Source: Holosporales bacterium
Lineage (GTDB): Bacteria > Pseudomonadota > Alphaproteobacteria > Caedimonadales > Caedimonadaceae
DNA: 24,000 bases
NCBI GenBank assembly: GCA_046318415.1
Contig: JBKCUK010000009.1
Location: 71,464-95,463, forward strand
Direction of reading: 5' to 3'
The position numbers and the translations under genes are program-made. Each line of letters starts with the position of its first letter. Positions within the stretch are counted from its first letter, which is position 1. The notes under the pieces are model-generated. The model saw only the letters and a list, made by a program, of their open reading frames with translations. It ran no database searches and was not told the DNA's origin. Below, piece after piece: positions 1 through 7,790 of this stretch.

Positions 1-2
1 CC

Positions 3-131
3 CCTAAAAAGCGGGCAGCCAAAGAATTAAGAACTGAATTAGATAAGCTGAGCGCATCCTTGGTAACGGCCGATAGCAAAACCCTCAAAGCGCTGATTGC
101 GCAATGGGTTCCCCATTACAAACCCAATTAA
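3..131 (+). CDS. 3' end (42 codons + stop) of a gene entering from upstream of the window: PKKRAAKELRTELDKLSASLVTADSKTLKALIAQWVPHYKPN*. Possibly the C-terminal tail of a CapD/WbpM-type polysaccharide-biosynthesis nucleotide-sugar dehydratase.
   Basis: My own translation: frame 3 is open from the window edge to TAA at 129-131, and a strong hairpin terminator follows within ~10 nt. The ORF track omits it because it has no start in the window. The product guess rests only on remembered resemblance of the '...ALIxxWVPxYKP' tail to CapD-like proteins. Confidence 0.4.
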   Translation, partial: PKKRAAKELRTELDKLSASLVTADSKTLKALIAQWVPHYKPN

Positions 132-138
132 AGCCCAC

Positions 139-166
139 AAAAAAACCGCCCCGAAGGGCGGTTTGA
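139..166. terminator. Bidirectional intrinsic terminator between two convergent genes
   Basis: The hairpin is ccgccc (146-151), loop cgaa, gggcgg (156-161), extended by A-run 139-145 pairing with ttt 162-164. On the minus strand it reads aaaccgcccttcggggcgg followed by a 7-T run, about 30 nt after the stop of the 194..1612 gene. On the plus strand it follows the TAA at 129-131. Confidence 0.8.
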
Positions 167-193
167 ACTTAACGATTATCAAGAACTTAGAGA

Positions 194-1612
194 TTAGGAC
201 CTGTTTGAGCTGGAACTGGAGCTAGAACCAGCATTGACGCCGCTGAAGTGATCAAAGAGATAGAGCTCATCCAGCTCTTCAAGATGCTCGTAAGTGCTCA
301 GCATTTGGTCCCTCATGTTTGAAAGACCCTCTCGTTGTATTCTGCCCTTGAAAGACTCAAACATGCTTCTCTCAGCAGCCGTTATGCCATACCCACTGTT
401 GCCATTCAGTGCCCAGTTCATGATTTGTACAGCACGCTGAACTTCGCCGATTTTCGCACCCCGCTTGAGGCCAAAATACATCAGCCATCGGTCAAACATC
501 ACCTTGGTTTGAGGATCATTTTTAAGTTTGATCCGTTTCTGCTTTTGTTCAGCACTAAGATCCAAGTCTTCATCCTCCGCAGCAGCACGCACAGCCGTAC
601 TAGAGCTAGAGCTGGAAACTTGAGGTAGTGCACTAGAGGCAGCCCCTACCCGACCCGGGTTTGCATTCTGAGGTACAGCATGAGATACAGCGGCCAACCG
701 ATCCAAGAAGCCCAATACCTTGAGTTCAAGGAGCTGATTATAAAATGATTTGACATCTTGCGACAAGGTTCGACGAGTCAATTCTTTGAACGTTTTACGT
801 TGGCTTTCCATAAACTCAGACGTGAGCCCAAAAGGGATATTCCTATTCTGATGCTGACGCCTTGCATCCCGGAGCCAATCTTGCAGCTTGCTCTCTGCAA
901 TATAATTGAGACTCAGCTGCCATTGTTTCGCGCATCTGTCCTCTTCAGTGTTCAACCACCCAAGCGGCGCCTCATTGAGGGCAGTTAGGATGAGGGCATA
1001 GCGGTTCTTGATTTGATCGAGGCTGGCAGTGGCAGACAGCTCAAATTCGTCAAGGAGTGTTTGAGAAGTATTCATCCAATAGGGATCATTGAAAATTGCT
1101 TGACGCCGCTGCATTTGCTGGGGCGTTAAATTCAAACCCTCGACATTGTTCCTGGAGCCGATGCTCACTGCACTTGAAGACGATGATGCCTGGGCAGACC
1201 TGGGTTGGTCTTGTAGATCCAGCAAACTCAGACGAATGGCGGCATCAAGCTCGGCGTCATCTTCTGTAATTTGAGCAGAAAATGTTGGGGCCATGGGTTC
1301 AGGGGCAGGCAAAAGAGAAGACACGGCGGCTTGAGCCGGAGCCGGAGCCAAAGGTTGCGCGCGCAGAGCGCTTTGTTCATGTGCACTCTCCAAAAGCGCA
1401 CGCTCCAGGGCATGCTGTTCTCTCTGGGCATAGTGTTGTTCTTCCAGGGCCCGCTTCGCCTGTTCGTAATTGTATTGAATTTGGCTTTGACGCAGAGCTT
1501 CCGCGAAATCAGCATCATCATTGATCTCAGAAGCAAAAACTGTCGTCGATGCCAATAAAGACATGCCCAGCATGACAGTTAATGAAAAACGCTTAATACT
1601 TAAGGACATCAT
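194..1612 (-). CDS. Exported modular protein of unknown function. Architecture: Sec-type signal peptide, three UIM-like motifs, poly-Ser linker, J-like module A, poly-Ser linker, J-like module B, poly-Ser tail.
   Basis: This is the 485-codon ORF 194..1651 in the track. The likely start is the ATGATG at 1612/1609 (a GGGG lies 4 nt upstream) rather than 1651, giving MMSLSIKRFSLTVMLGMSLLASTTVFA|SE. That has a basic n-region, a hydrophobic core and a V-F-A cleavage-type site. A terminator lies 30 nt downstream. I recognise no family, so the motif calls come from reading the translation. Confidence 0.75.
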   Translation of the reverse strand: MMSLSIKRFSLTVMLGMSLLASTTVFASEINDDADFAEALRQSQIQYNYEQAKRALEEQHYAQREQHALERALLESAHEQSALRAQPLAPAPAQAAVSSLLPAPEPMAPTFSAQITEDDAELDAAIRLSLLDLQDQPRSAQASSSSSAVSIGSRNNVEGLNLTPQQMQRRQAIFNDPYWMNTSQTLLDEFELSATASLDQIKNRYALILTALNEAPLGWLNTEEDRCAKQWQLSLNYIAESKLQDWLRDARRQHQNRNIPFGLTSEFMESQRKTFKELTRRTLSQDVKSFYNQLLELKVLGFLDRLAAVSHAVPQNANPGRVGAASSALPQVSSSSSSTAVRAAAEDEDLDLSAEQKQKRIKLKNDPQTKVMFDRWLMYFGLKRGAKIGEVQRAVQIMNWALNGNSGYGITAAERSMFESFKGRIQREGLSNMRDQMLSTYEHLEELDELYLFDHFSGVNAGSSSSSSSNRS

Positions 1613-2103
1613 CGACCCCATTAAAAAGTTAAAATAGACAAAATGACACATACCAAATCCATAAGCACAAAGTCAAGACAATAAGGGAATTTTTTATTAG
1701 GGTAAGACGTCTGGGATAAGAGCTTTGGCATATTCACTCTGCCTTCTGCGCCAACTGGTGAGCATAAAGGCATTTTTTCTCTGATTTTCAGTGAGATAAT
1801 AGGTGTGATTGAGCTTTTGATTCGCTCATCCCCATGAAGATGGAAGGAAGGAACCCTCTCCGTGCTGGGGTCCAACGTTGCTTTTGAAGGGCCTTTTAGG
1901 ATAATATTTGACAAAAAGTCTAATCGCGCAAAATGTGTGCGGTGCGATGGGGACCTCTTCCCCGCAGCCAGCAAAGCGAACCAATTTCCAGAGAATCAAT
2001 ATGGGGACATTCTCCTCAAAGTGCCAAAAAAGCTTTCTCTGTCGTCATCAGCATCGATCCAGACCCCTCAATGCAGATCTTTTGGCTGTGAGCCTACACT
2101 CAG

Positions 2104-2123
2104 CCCCTCCCCGCCCCAACCCC
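2104..2123 (-). other. Canonical G-quadruplex motif on the minus strand (GGGG-TT-GGGG-C-GGGG-A-GGGG); an i-motif-capable C-tract on the plus strand
   Basis: The plus strand reads cccc t cccc g cccc aa cccc at 2104-2123. The motif lies about 65 nt downstream of the GDH stop codon (2187-2189) in the direction of transcription. Confidence 0.6.
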
Positions 2124-2186
2124 ATTAGGAAGTGAGCCAGCAGGACTCAAGCGCGGCAGGACCATGCTTGCGGTTTCCCAAGAGGG

Positions 2187-5100
2187 TTAGGCGCCATACA
2201 CAAAACAGCGCAATTCTCGGCAAATGACAGTGAGCAGAGCCAAATCAGGAGTTGGCACCTTATCCATGTCCTGCAAGAGATCCGACAAGCCACGTTTGCT
2301 GCTGCTGTTCTGGTGGAGCCAAACCTCTAACGCCTGATCATCGGCCATTTTTAGCCCCTGGCTTCGGGCATTCAAAAGGATCTGCTGAACGGCATGTTTG
2401 TGGGTATTGAAAAGATCTTCACGGATTCCACCGGTTGCAGCATAGAACCAGCTGTTATTGCCCTCAAGACGATCCAGCTTACGCAAGACACGGCTGATCC
2501 CCAAGCGACTCCCCACGCTATAATAGAGAGCAGCGACCTCGTGGACATCGTAGCCCGATTCATTGGCTAAGAGGATGGTGTCAGGGGAGGACACGACAAC
2601 TTGCGCAAAGGCAATGCGATTGGCAAGGGTGGGCGCAATACCCATGGCCAGATATTCTTGGACAAACTCATTCAGGCGCTGGGTCATTTCGCCATTCAAA
2701 CAATCGGCAAGATCCGCAAGCAATGTGCGCACGGCAACTTGCAGCGCTGCCAGACCATCGCTGATGCTGGGGTGGTTGGCCGCATGCAACACCGCCCAAT
2801 GGGTGGTACGGCGAATCATACCACGCACGATACCCAGCGCTTTCAGGTGCGCCTGGGGTTCAAGGGTTTGTTGGTGGGCGTCGATTTCCTCCCACAAATT
2901 CAAAAGACCAAAGGCATCGCGGGCGGTAAAATAGGCACCCACCAACACTTCAAGACTGCACCCCAACTTTGAGCGATATTCATGGATAAAGGTTGCCCCC
3001 ATGCGATTCACGATTTCATTGGTGATATAGGTTGCCACCAATTCACGACGCAAAGGGTGCTGCTTGATGGCATCCCGCAAACCCCGCAAGGGTTTGGGAA
3101 AATAGCTCACCAACTCACGCTCGAAGTAAAAATCATCGACAACGGTGGATTTTTGCAGCTGCTCATACAACCAAATCTTGGCATACGCCATCAGCACCGC
3201 CAATTCTGGACGTGAAAGCGCTGTGAGGTTGGCCTGATACTCGCTTAAAGTCGTATCATCGGGTAAAAATTCAAGGCTGCGATTCAAAATGCCAGCAGCT
3301 TCCATATCCCGCATCATGCGGGCCTGATGATCCAGGATACGCGTGCCTTGCTGGCGCATCAGGCTGATCGCCAAAGCTTGCTTTGTGTTATCCGCCAACA
3401 CCAATGAAGCCACTTCATCGGTCATTTCAACCAACACAGCATCACGGGCATCAGGATTGACCAGTTTCAATTCCGCGGCTTTGTTCATCAAAATTTTGAT
3501 GTTCACTTCATGGTCAGAACAATTCACGCCACCCGCATTATCGACCGCATCGGTATTGATTCGACCGCCCGCGCGGTTATAGTCGATGCGCCCCAACTGC
3601 GTGCATCCCAGGTTGGCGCCCTCGCCGATGACTTTGGCCCTCACATCCCGGCCATTGACGCGCACAGCATCATTGGCCCGATCGCCCACATCAGCATTAG
3701 ACTCCCGTGAGCTTTTAATAAAGGTGCCAATGCCGCCAAACCACAAAAGATCGACCTGCATTTTAAGAATGGCGCGCACCACCTCTGTAGGGGTGGCCTC
3801 CCCTTCGGGCATCTCCAACAGGGTCGCCATTTGGGGGGTGACGCGAATGCTTTTGGCAGAACGCTCAAATACGCCGCCACCTTCCGAAATAAGGCTTTGA
3901 TCATAATCCATCCAGGTCGATCGCGGCAGAGCGAACAGACGCTGGCGTTCTTGATGGCTTTTTTTCAGGTCTGGATCGGGGTCGATGAAAATGTGCTGGT
4001 GATTAAAGCAGGCCATAACCTTTAGGGTATCGGTGTACAGCATACCATTGCCAAAAACATCGCCTGACATATCCCCCACGCCAGCGACCGTAATGGCTGA
4101 CGTTTGGGGATCAATGCCCATTTCATGGAAGTGACGTTTCACGCTTTCCCAGGCGCCCCGGGCGGTGATGGCCATCTTTTTGTGGTCATAACCGCTTGAG
4201 CCTCCGGATGCAAAGGCATCGTCCAGCCAAAAACCATACTCGCGCGCAATGGCATTGGCGTAATCGGAAAATGTGGCCGTCCCCTTGTCGGCCGCCACCA
4301 CCAGGTAGGGATCATCCTCATCCAGGCGCACCACATCCTGGGGCGGGACCATCTGGCCATTGACAATATTGTCGGTGAGATCTAAAAGACCGCGCACCAT
4401 GGTGCGATAGCACTCGACACCTTCGGCAAACTGGGCGTCGCGGTCACCGTCCACAGGTGGATGTTTCACGATGAAACCGCCCTTTGAGCCCACGGGAACA
4501 ATCACGGTGTTTTTGACCATCTGAGCTTTGACTAGACCGAGGATTTCCGTTCTAAAATCATCCAAACGATCGGACCACCGGATACCGCCGCGCGCAACCT
4601 TGCCACCGCGCAGGTGCACAGCCTCCATGCGCGGCGAGCACACGAAAATCTCGAACTTCGGCCGAGGCAGCGGCATATCCTCAATATCGTCACATTTAAA
4701 TTTCAACGATATGTAGGGTTTTGGTCGTCCATCCACCCGCTTTTGGAAATAATTGGTGCGAACGGTGGCGCTGAAAAGATTGGCAAAACGGCGCAAAATC
4801 CTGTCTTCCACCGGACTTTGAATGGTGGCCAGCTGTTGCTTAATGCTGAGCAGTTGTGCCGATCCGTCGGCCTGAATGGCCGGGTCGAAGCGCTGCTGGA
4901 AATACTGCACCAAGTCCATGACAAACTGCGGATGGCGGGTGAGTACGCCCTCCACCGTCTCGCGGCTGTAGGGAACCTGCAATTGCCACAAATAACGCCA
5001 GTAAGTCCGCATCAAGCTGGCCTGACGCGCGCTCAGGTCGGCCCGCAAAATCAGCTTATTAAAGCCATCATCCTCCAACTCGCCCCGCCAGACCGCGTCC

Positions 5101-7019
5101 AAGGCTTCTAAAAAGCCATTGCCGCTGCGCGCCGGATTAAAGGGGACATCCCCCTCAGGCACGGCTTCGAAATCTTGGATCCAAAATGGGTATTCCTGAC
5201 CTTGCGGACGCACACCAAAGGGAATTTCACTGATTACTTTTAGGCCAAGATTCTCAAGGGTGGGCAGAATCGTCGAGAGCGGCATGGGCGCCCCAGAGCT
5301 GTAAAGCTTCAGGCGCAGTTTACCCTGATCTTCCCCATGCAAGGCATAAAGGCGTGTTCCATGGAGGGCACCGCTGGCGCCCAAAGCTTCCAGCTCATGA
5401 ATGTCTTGGATGACAGCACTACCTCGAAAACGCTCCTGATAGCCCTTACCGAACGCCTCCCGATATTTGCGGAACAATCTCTGCCCGTCATGATCACTGT
5501 AAGCCTCAACCAGAGAATTTTTCAAATCATCTGCCCAAGAACGCGCCGCATGAACCAGCTTTTGCTCGATCGCTTGAAAATCTAAATCCTTGGCAAGACC
5601 GGCGCGAAGGGCAATGGCATAATGTACACGGGCCAGGGGAAGGCTACCAAATTGCGCTTTGTAATAGCTTAGCTCGCCTTGCAGGCTCTCGGCCAAAATA
5701 TCACCCATTTGCTCACAAAGGGCAGAATCAAAGCGCTCGCGCGGTACATAGACCAAGCATGATAAAAAGCGGTGAAAACGGTCCTTGCGCACAAACAACA
5801 CCACCCGATGGCGCTCTTGCAGATGCAGAATTTCAAGGCCGATTTCCGCCAATTCTTCGGTGGATGCTTGAAAGAACTCGTCCCGCGGCAGCGAGTCGAG
5901 AATATGGATCAGGGCTTTGCCATCATGCCAATTGCGTGCCAGTCCTGCATGGGCAAGTACATCATCAATTTTCTTTCGAAACAAAGGAATATCGCGGGTG
6001 CTACTATCGTAGGCAACGGACGTAAAAAGACCGACAAACAGACGCAGACCCACGACGTTGCCCTTGGCATCAAAACGGCGCACCCCAATCACATCCATGG
6101 GAACCGTGCGGTGTACGCGGGCGCGCAAACTGGCTTTGTTGACCAACAGGGCCTCTTGCACCATTAAATACGCCCGGACCTCGTGGTTAAAGGTTATGCC
6201 CGAGAAAATTTGGCTGAGCGTTTGTTGGCCGTGAACACGCAAAATACCTAAGGTATTTTCCGGCAACTGATCGGGACTCAGGTCTTCAGTGTGGGAAAAA
6301 CGAAAATCACCGCATCCTAAGAAAGTAAAATGGTCATCCCGCAGCCAATCAATGAATTGGACCACTTCATCATCGGCAAGGGTCGGATTTTGTTTGACCA
6401 GATCCTGCAGTTCCTCAATCACCTCTTGGGCTCGGGCACGCATACCTTGCCAATCACCGGTCGCATACCGCACATCCCTTAAGACGTCTTTTAAGGCCCC
6501 TTCCAAGACAGGAATCAAGTCGGGATGGGCGCCATCGACCACTTCGCAGTGAATGAGCGACTCAAAGTGCCCTGCGGGGTTTTCAGCCTCAGCATCCAGA
6601 ACGCGCAATAATTGGCCGTTTTTATCACGCTCTACTTTCAGAATCGGGTGGACGGTGATACGCACACCCAAATCATGGGCTTCGATCATGCCATTCAACG
6701 AATCCACCAAGAACGGCATGTCATCGTTGACGATATCAAGAATGACACGCTCAGCCGCCGCCGTTGGATAGGTGGGGCGCCAATAATAAACCCGCACCTT
6801 GGGTTCGCCAGGGGTGCGTTGCTGAAGAAATTGCCACAGATCAAACACACCTTCGGCCAATTTTTCAGGAGGAGCCTTACGAATATCGTCGTATGTAGGG
6901 TGAATGAATAACTGAGACATAAAACGATCGAAGGAGTCTCGCTTGCTTTCTTGTTCCATGGATCGCGCATGACTGGCAATCAGACGGACGAGTTCTTCTT
7001 TTTTTTGCTTCAACGCCAC
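2187..7019 (-). CDS. gdhB: NAD-specific glutamate dehydrogenase, large (~180 kDa) bacterial type
   Basis: The ORF is 1610 aa and uninterrupted. Its length and motifs (for example RGGIRWSDRLDDFRTEILGLVKAQMVKN and GDMSGDVFGNGML) match my memory of the Bac_GDH family. The start codon is GTG at 7017-7019. Several long antisense ORFs inside it are treated as spurious. Confidence 0.93.
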   Translation of the reverse strand: MALKQKKEELVRLIASHARSMEQESKRDSFDRFMSQLFIHPTYDDIRKAPPEKLAEGVFDLWQFLQQRTPGEPKVRVYYWRPTYPTAAAERVILDIVNDDMPFLVDSLNGMIEAHDLGVRITVHPILKVERDKNGQLLRVLDAEAENPAGHFESLIHCEVVDGAHPDLIPVLEGALKDVLRDVRYATGDWQGMRARAQEVIEELQDLVKQNPTLADDEVVQFIDWLRDDHFTFLGCGDFRFSHTEDLSPDQLPENTLGILRVHGQQTLSQIFSGITFNHEVRAYLMVQEALLVNKASLRARVHRTVPMDVIGVRRFDAKGNVVGLRLFVGLFTSVAYDSSTRDIPLFRKKIDDVLAHAGLARNWHDGKALIHILDSLPRDEFFQASTEELAEIGLEILHLQERHRVVLFVRKDRFHRFLSCLVYVPRERFDSALCEQMGDILAESLQGELSYYKAQFGSLPLARVHYAIALRAGLAKDLDFQAIEQKLVHAARSWADDLKNSLVEAYSDHDGQRLFRKYREAFGKGYQERFRGSAVIQDIHELEALGASGALHGTRLYALHGEDQGKLRLKLYSSGAPMPLSTILPTLENLGLKVISEIPFGVRPQGQEYPFWIQDFEAVPEGDVPFNPARSGNGFLEALDAVWRGELEDDGFNKLILRADLSARQASLMRTYWRYLWQLQVPYSRETVEGVLTRHPQFVMDLVQYFQQRFDPAIQADGSAQLLSIKQQLATIQSPVEDRILRRFANLFSATVRTNYFQKRVDGRPKPYISLKFKCDDIEDMPLPRPKFEIFVCSPRMEAVHLRGGKVARGGIRWSDRLDDFRTEILGLVKAQMVKNTVIVPVGSKGGFIVKHPPVDGDRDAQFAEGVECYRTMVRGLLDLTDNIVNGQMVPPQDVVRLDEDDPYLVVAADKGTATFSDYANAIAREYGFWLDDAFASGGSSGYDHKKMAITARGAWESVKRHFHEMGIDPQTSAITVAGVGDMSGDVFGNGMLYTDTLKVMACFNHQHIFIDPDPDLKKSHQERQRLFALPRSTWMDYDQSLISEGGGVFERSAKSIRVTPQMATLLEMPEGEATPTEVVRAILKMQVDLLWFGGIGTFIKSSRESNADVGDRANDAVRVNGRDVRAKVIGEGANLGCTQLGRIDYNRAGGRINTDAVDNAGGVNCSDHEVNIKILMNKAAELKLVNPDARDAVLVEMTDEVASLVLADNTKQALAISLMRQQGTRILDHQARMMRDMEAAGILNRSLEFLPDDTTLSEYQANLTALSRPELAVLMAYAKIWLYEQLQKSTVVDDFYFERELVSYFPKPLRGLRDAIKQHPLRRELVATYITNEIVNRMGATFIHEYRSKLGCSLEVLVGAYFTARDAFGLLNLWEEIDAHQQTLEPQAHLKALGIVRGMIRRTTHWAVLHAANHPSISDGLAALQVAVRTLLADLADCLNGEMTQRLNEFVQEYLAMGIAPTLANRIAFAQVVVSSPDTILLANESGYDVHEVAALYYSVGSRLGISRVLRKLDRLEGNNSWFYAATGGIREDLFNTHKHAVQQILLNARSQGLKMADDQALEVWLHQNSSSKRGLSDLLQDMDKVPTPDLALLTVICRELRCFVYGA

Positions 7020-7166
7020 GATGTCTACCCATTAAGTGTGCGACTTATAATGCATTTATCATAACCGGGAATAGGTTAAGAATCATCCGCAAATCAGGGC
7101 GGAATCGAGTTGTTTGTTGATGTTTTTTAGGATGATGAAGTTTGATTTTTTGGGGATTTATTGAAC

Positions 7167-7241
7167 TGGAGCGGGCGAAGGGATTTGAACCCTCGACCCC
7201 AACCTTGGCAAGGTTGTGCTCTACCCCTGAGCTACGCCCGC
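7167..7241 (-). tRNA. tRNA-Gly (anticodon GCC), CCA encoded
   Basis: The reverse complement reads GCGGGCGTAGCTCAGGGGTAGAGCACAACCTTGCCAAGGTTGGGGTCGAGGGTTCAAATCCCTTCGCCCGCTCCA. It has a 7-bp acceptor stem (GCGGGCG/CGCCCGC), a D-loop AGCTCAGGGGTAGAGC, and an anticodon stem CAACC/GGTTG with loop TTGCCAA. It also has a T-arm GGGTTCAAATCCC and a terminal CCA. Confidence 0.95.
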
Positions 7242-7258
7242 TCGTCAGTACGAGGTGC

Positions 7259-7286
7259 ATATTAGCGAACATGACGGAGTTTGCAA
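7259..7286 (-). promoter_or_regulatory. Sigma-70-like promoter for tRNA-Gly (TTGCAA-N16-TAATAT)
   Basis: The minus strand reads cTTGCAAactccgtcatgttcgcTAATATgcacctcgtactgacgaGCGGG. The -35 is at 7281-7286 and the -10 at 7259-7264. The predicted start is about 10 nt before the mature 5' end, consistent with an RNase P leader, and an A/T-rich tract lies upstream. Confidence 0.5.
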
Positions 7287-7305
7287 GGGGGTTTATAAAT
7301 TTTTT

Positions 7306-7740
7306 TTAGAAAAAACCTATTTTCCCCAGAAAACCAAGGAAAATCGCCCCAACCAGAAAGGCCAACAAACCTAAAAAGGCCGGGGTGACATGGGCACGCC
7401 TCATCTTGCCGAGCTCAGCGCTGCGGACGTGAATACCCAGCTCTTTTTGCTCAAGAAAGGTCTTCAAACCCGAAGGCGTCACGCCCCGTTGAAAGGCAGC
7501 GCTTCGTTTCTCGCCAAGGGCCAGATCGATGGTCACCCGCTGTAATTTATCAATCTCATTTTCGCCCAAGTAGGTCGCCATGTGACGGGCGGTTTCTGCC
7601 AGTTTTTGGGGGGTTACATCACCTTCAACGACTATACGCATGATCACCCATGATGGTTGTTGCCTTATTTTTTTCATTTTTAACCCGAAGAAAGTAAAAA
7701 AACGGTTCAAAATCAGAGGTCGAGCAGCCACGCACAGCAT
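7306..7740 (-). CDS. Hypothetical small protein with a C-terminal hydrophobic anchor (…HVTPAFLGLLAFLVGAIFLGFLGKIGFF*)
   Basis: This ORF fills the gap between lpxL and tRNA-Gly on the same strand as its neighbours. The start is ambiguous: ATG at 7740, 7677 (MKKIRQQ…) or 7641 (MRIVVEG…), none with a convincing SD. I recognise no family. Confidence 0.4.
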   Translation of the reverse strand: MLCVAARPLILNRFFTFFGLKMKKIRQQPSWVIMRIVVEGDVTPQKLAETARHMATYLGENEIDKLQRVTIDLALGEKRSAAFQRGVTPSGLKTFLEQKELGIHVRSAELGKMRRAHVTPAFLGLLAFLVGAIFLGFLGKIGFF

Positions 7741-7790
7741 TTTTTATGGGGACAACCCAGTATTCATCAACAGAATGCTTTTTTGTGCTT

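Noticed and set aside
1842-1851. A GGAAGGAAGG motif reminiscent of the conserved GGAAGGAAGCAGC of SRP (4.5S) RNA helix 8
   Set aside because: The flanking sequence lacks the rest of the conserved domain IV (no AGCAGC / GGCAG symmetric loop). It also cannot be folded into the long SRP hairpin. The match is a short purine run only.
1908-1913. Consensus TTGACA hexamers at 1908-1913 (+) and 23219-23224 (+)
   Set aside because: Neither has a -10-like hexamer at 16-18 bp spacing, so I do not call them promoters.
1621-2135. ORFs 1621..1974(-), 1862..2128(+) and 1908..2135(+) in the long spacer
   Set aside because: They have no SD and odd composition (Pro/Ser/Arg/Cys-rich). They overlap one another, and none resembles any family I know. 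I treat the region as non-coding.
2372-6979. Many 60-165-aa ORFs on both strands inside the GDH gene (for example 4614..5111 +, 5772..6167 +)
   Set aside because: All lie within the uninterrupted, family-typical 1610-aa reading frame. They are off-frame or antisense ORFs of the kind expected in moderately GC-rich coding sequence.
7045-7272. A 75-aa minus-strand ORF
   Set aside because: It is read straight through the tRNA-Gly gene (the …SSGVEHNLAKVGVEGSNPFARSS… part is the tRNA sequence translated), so it is an artefact.
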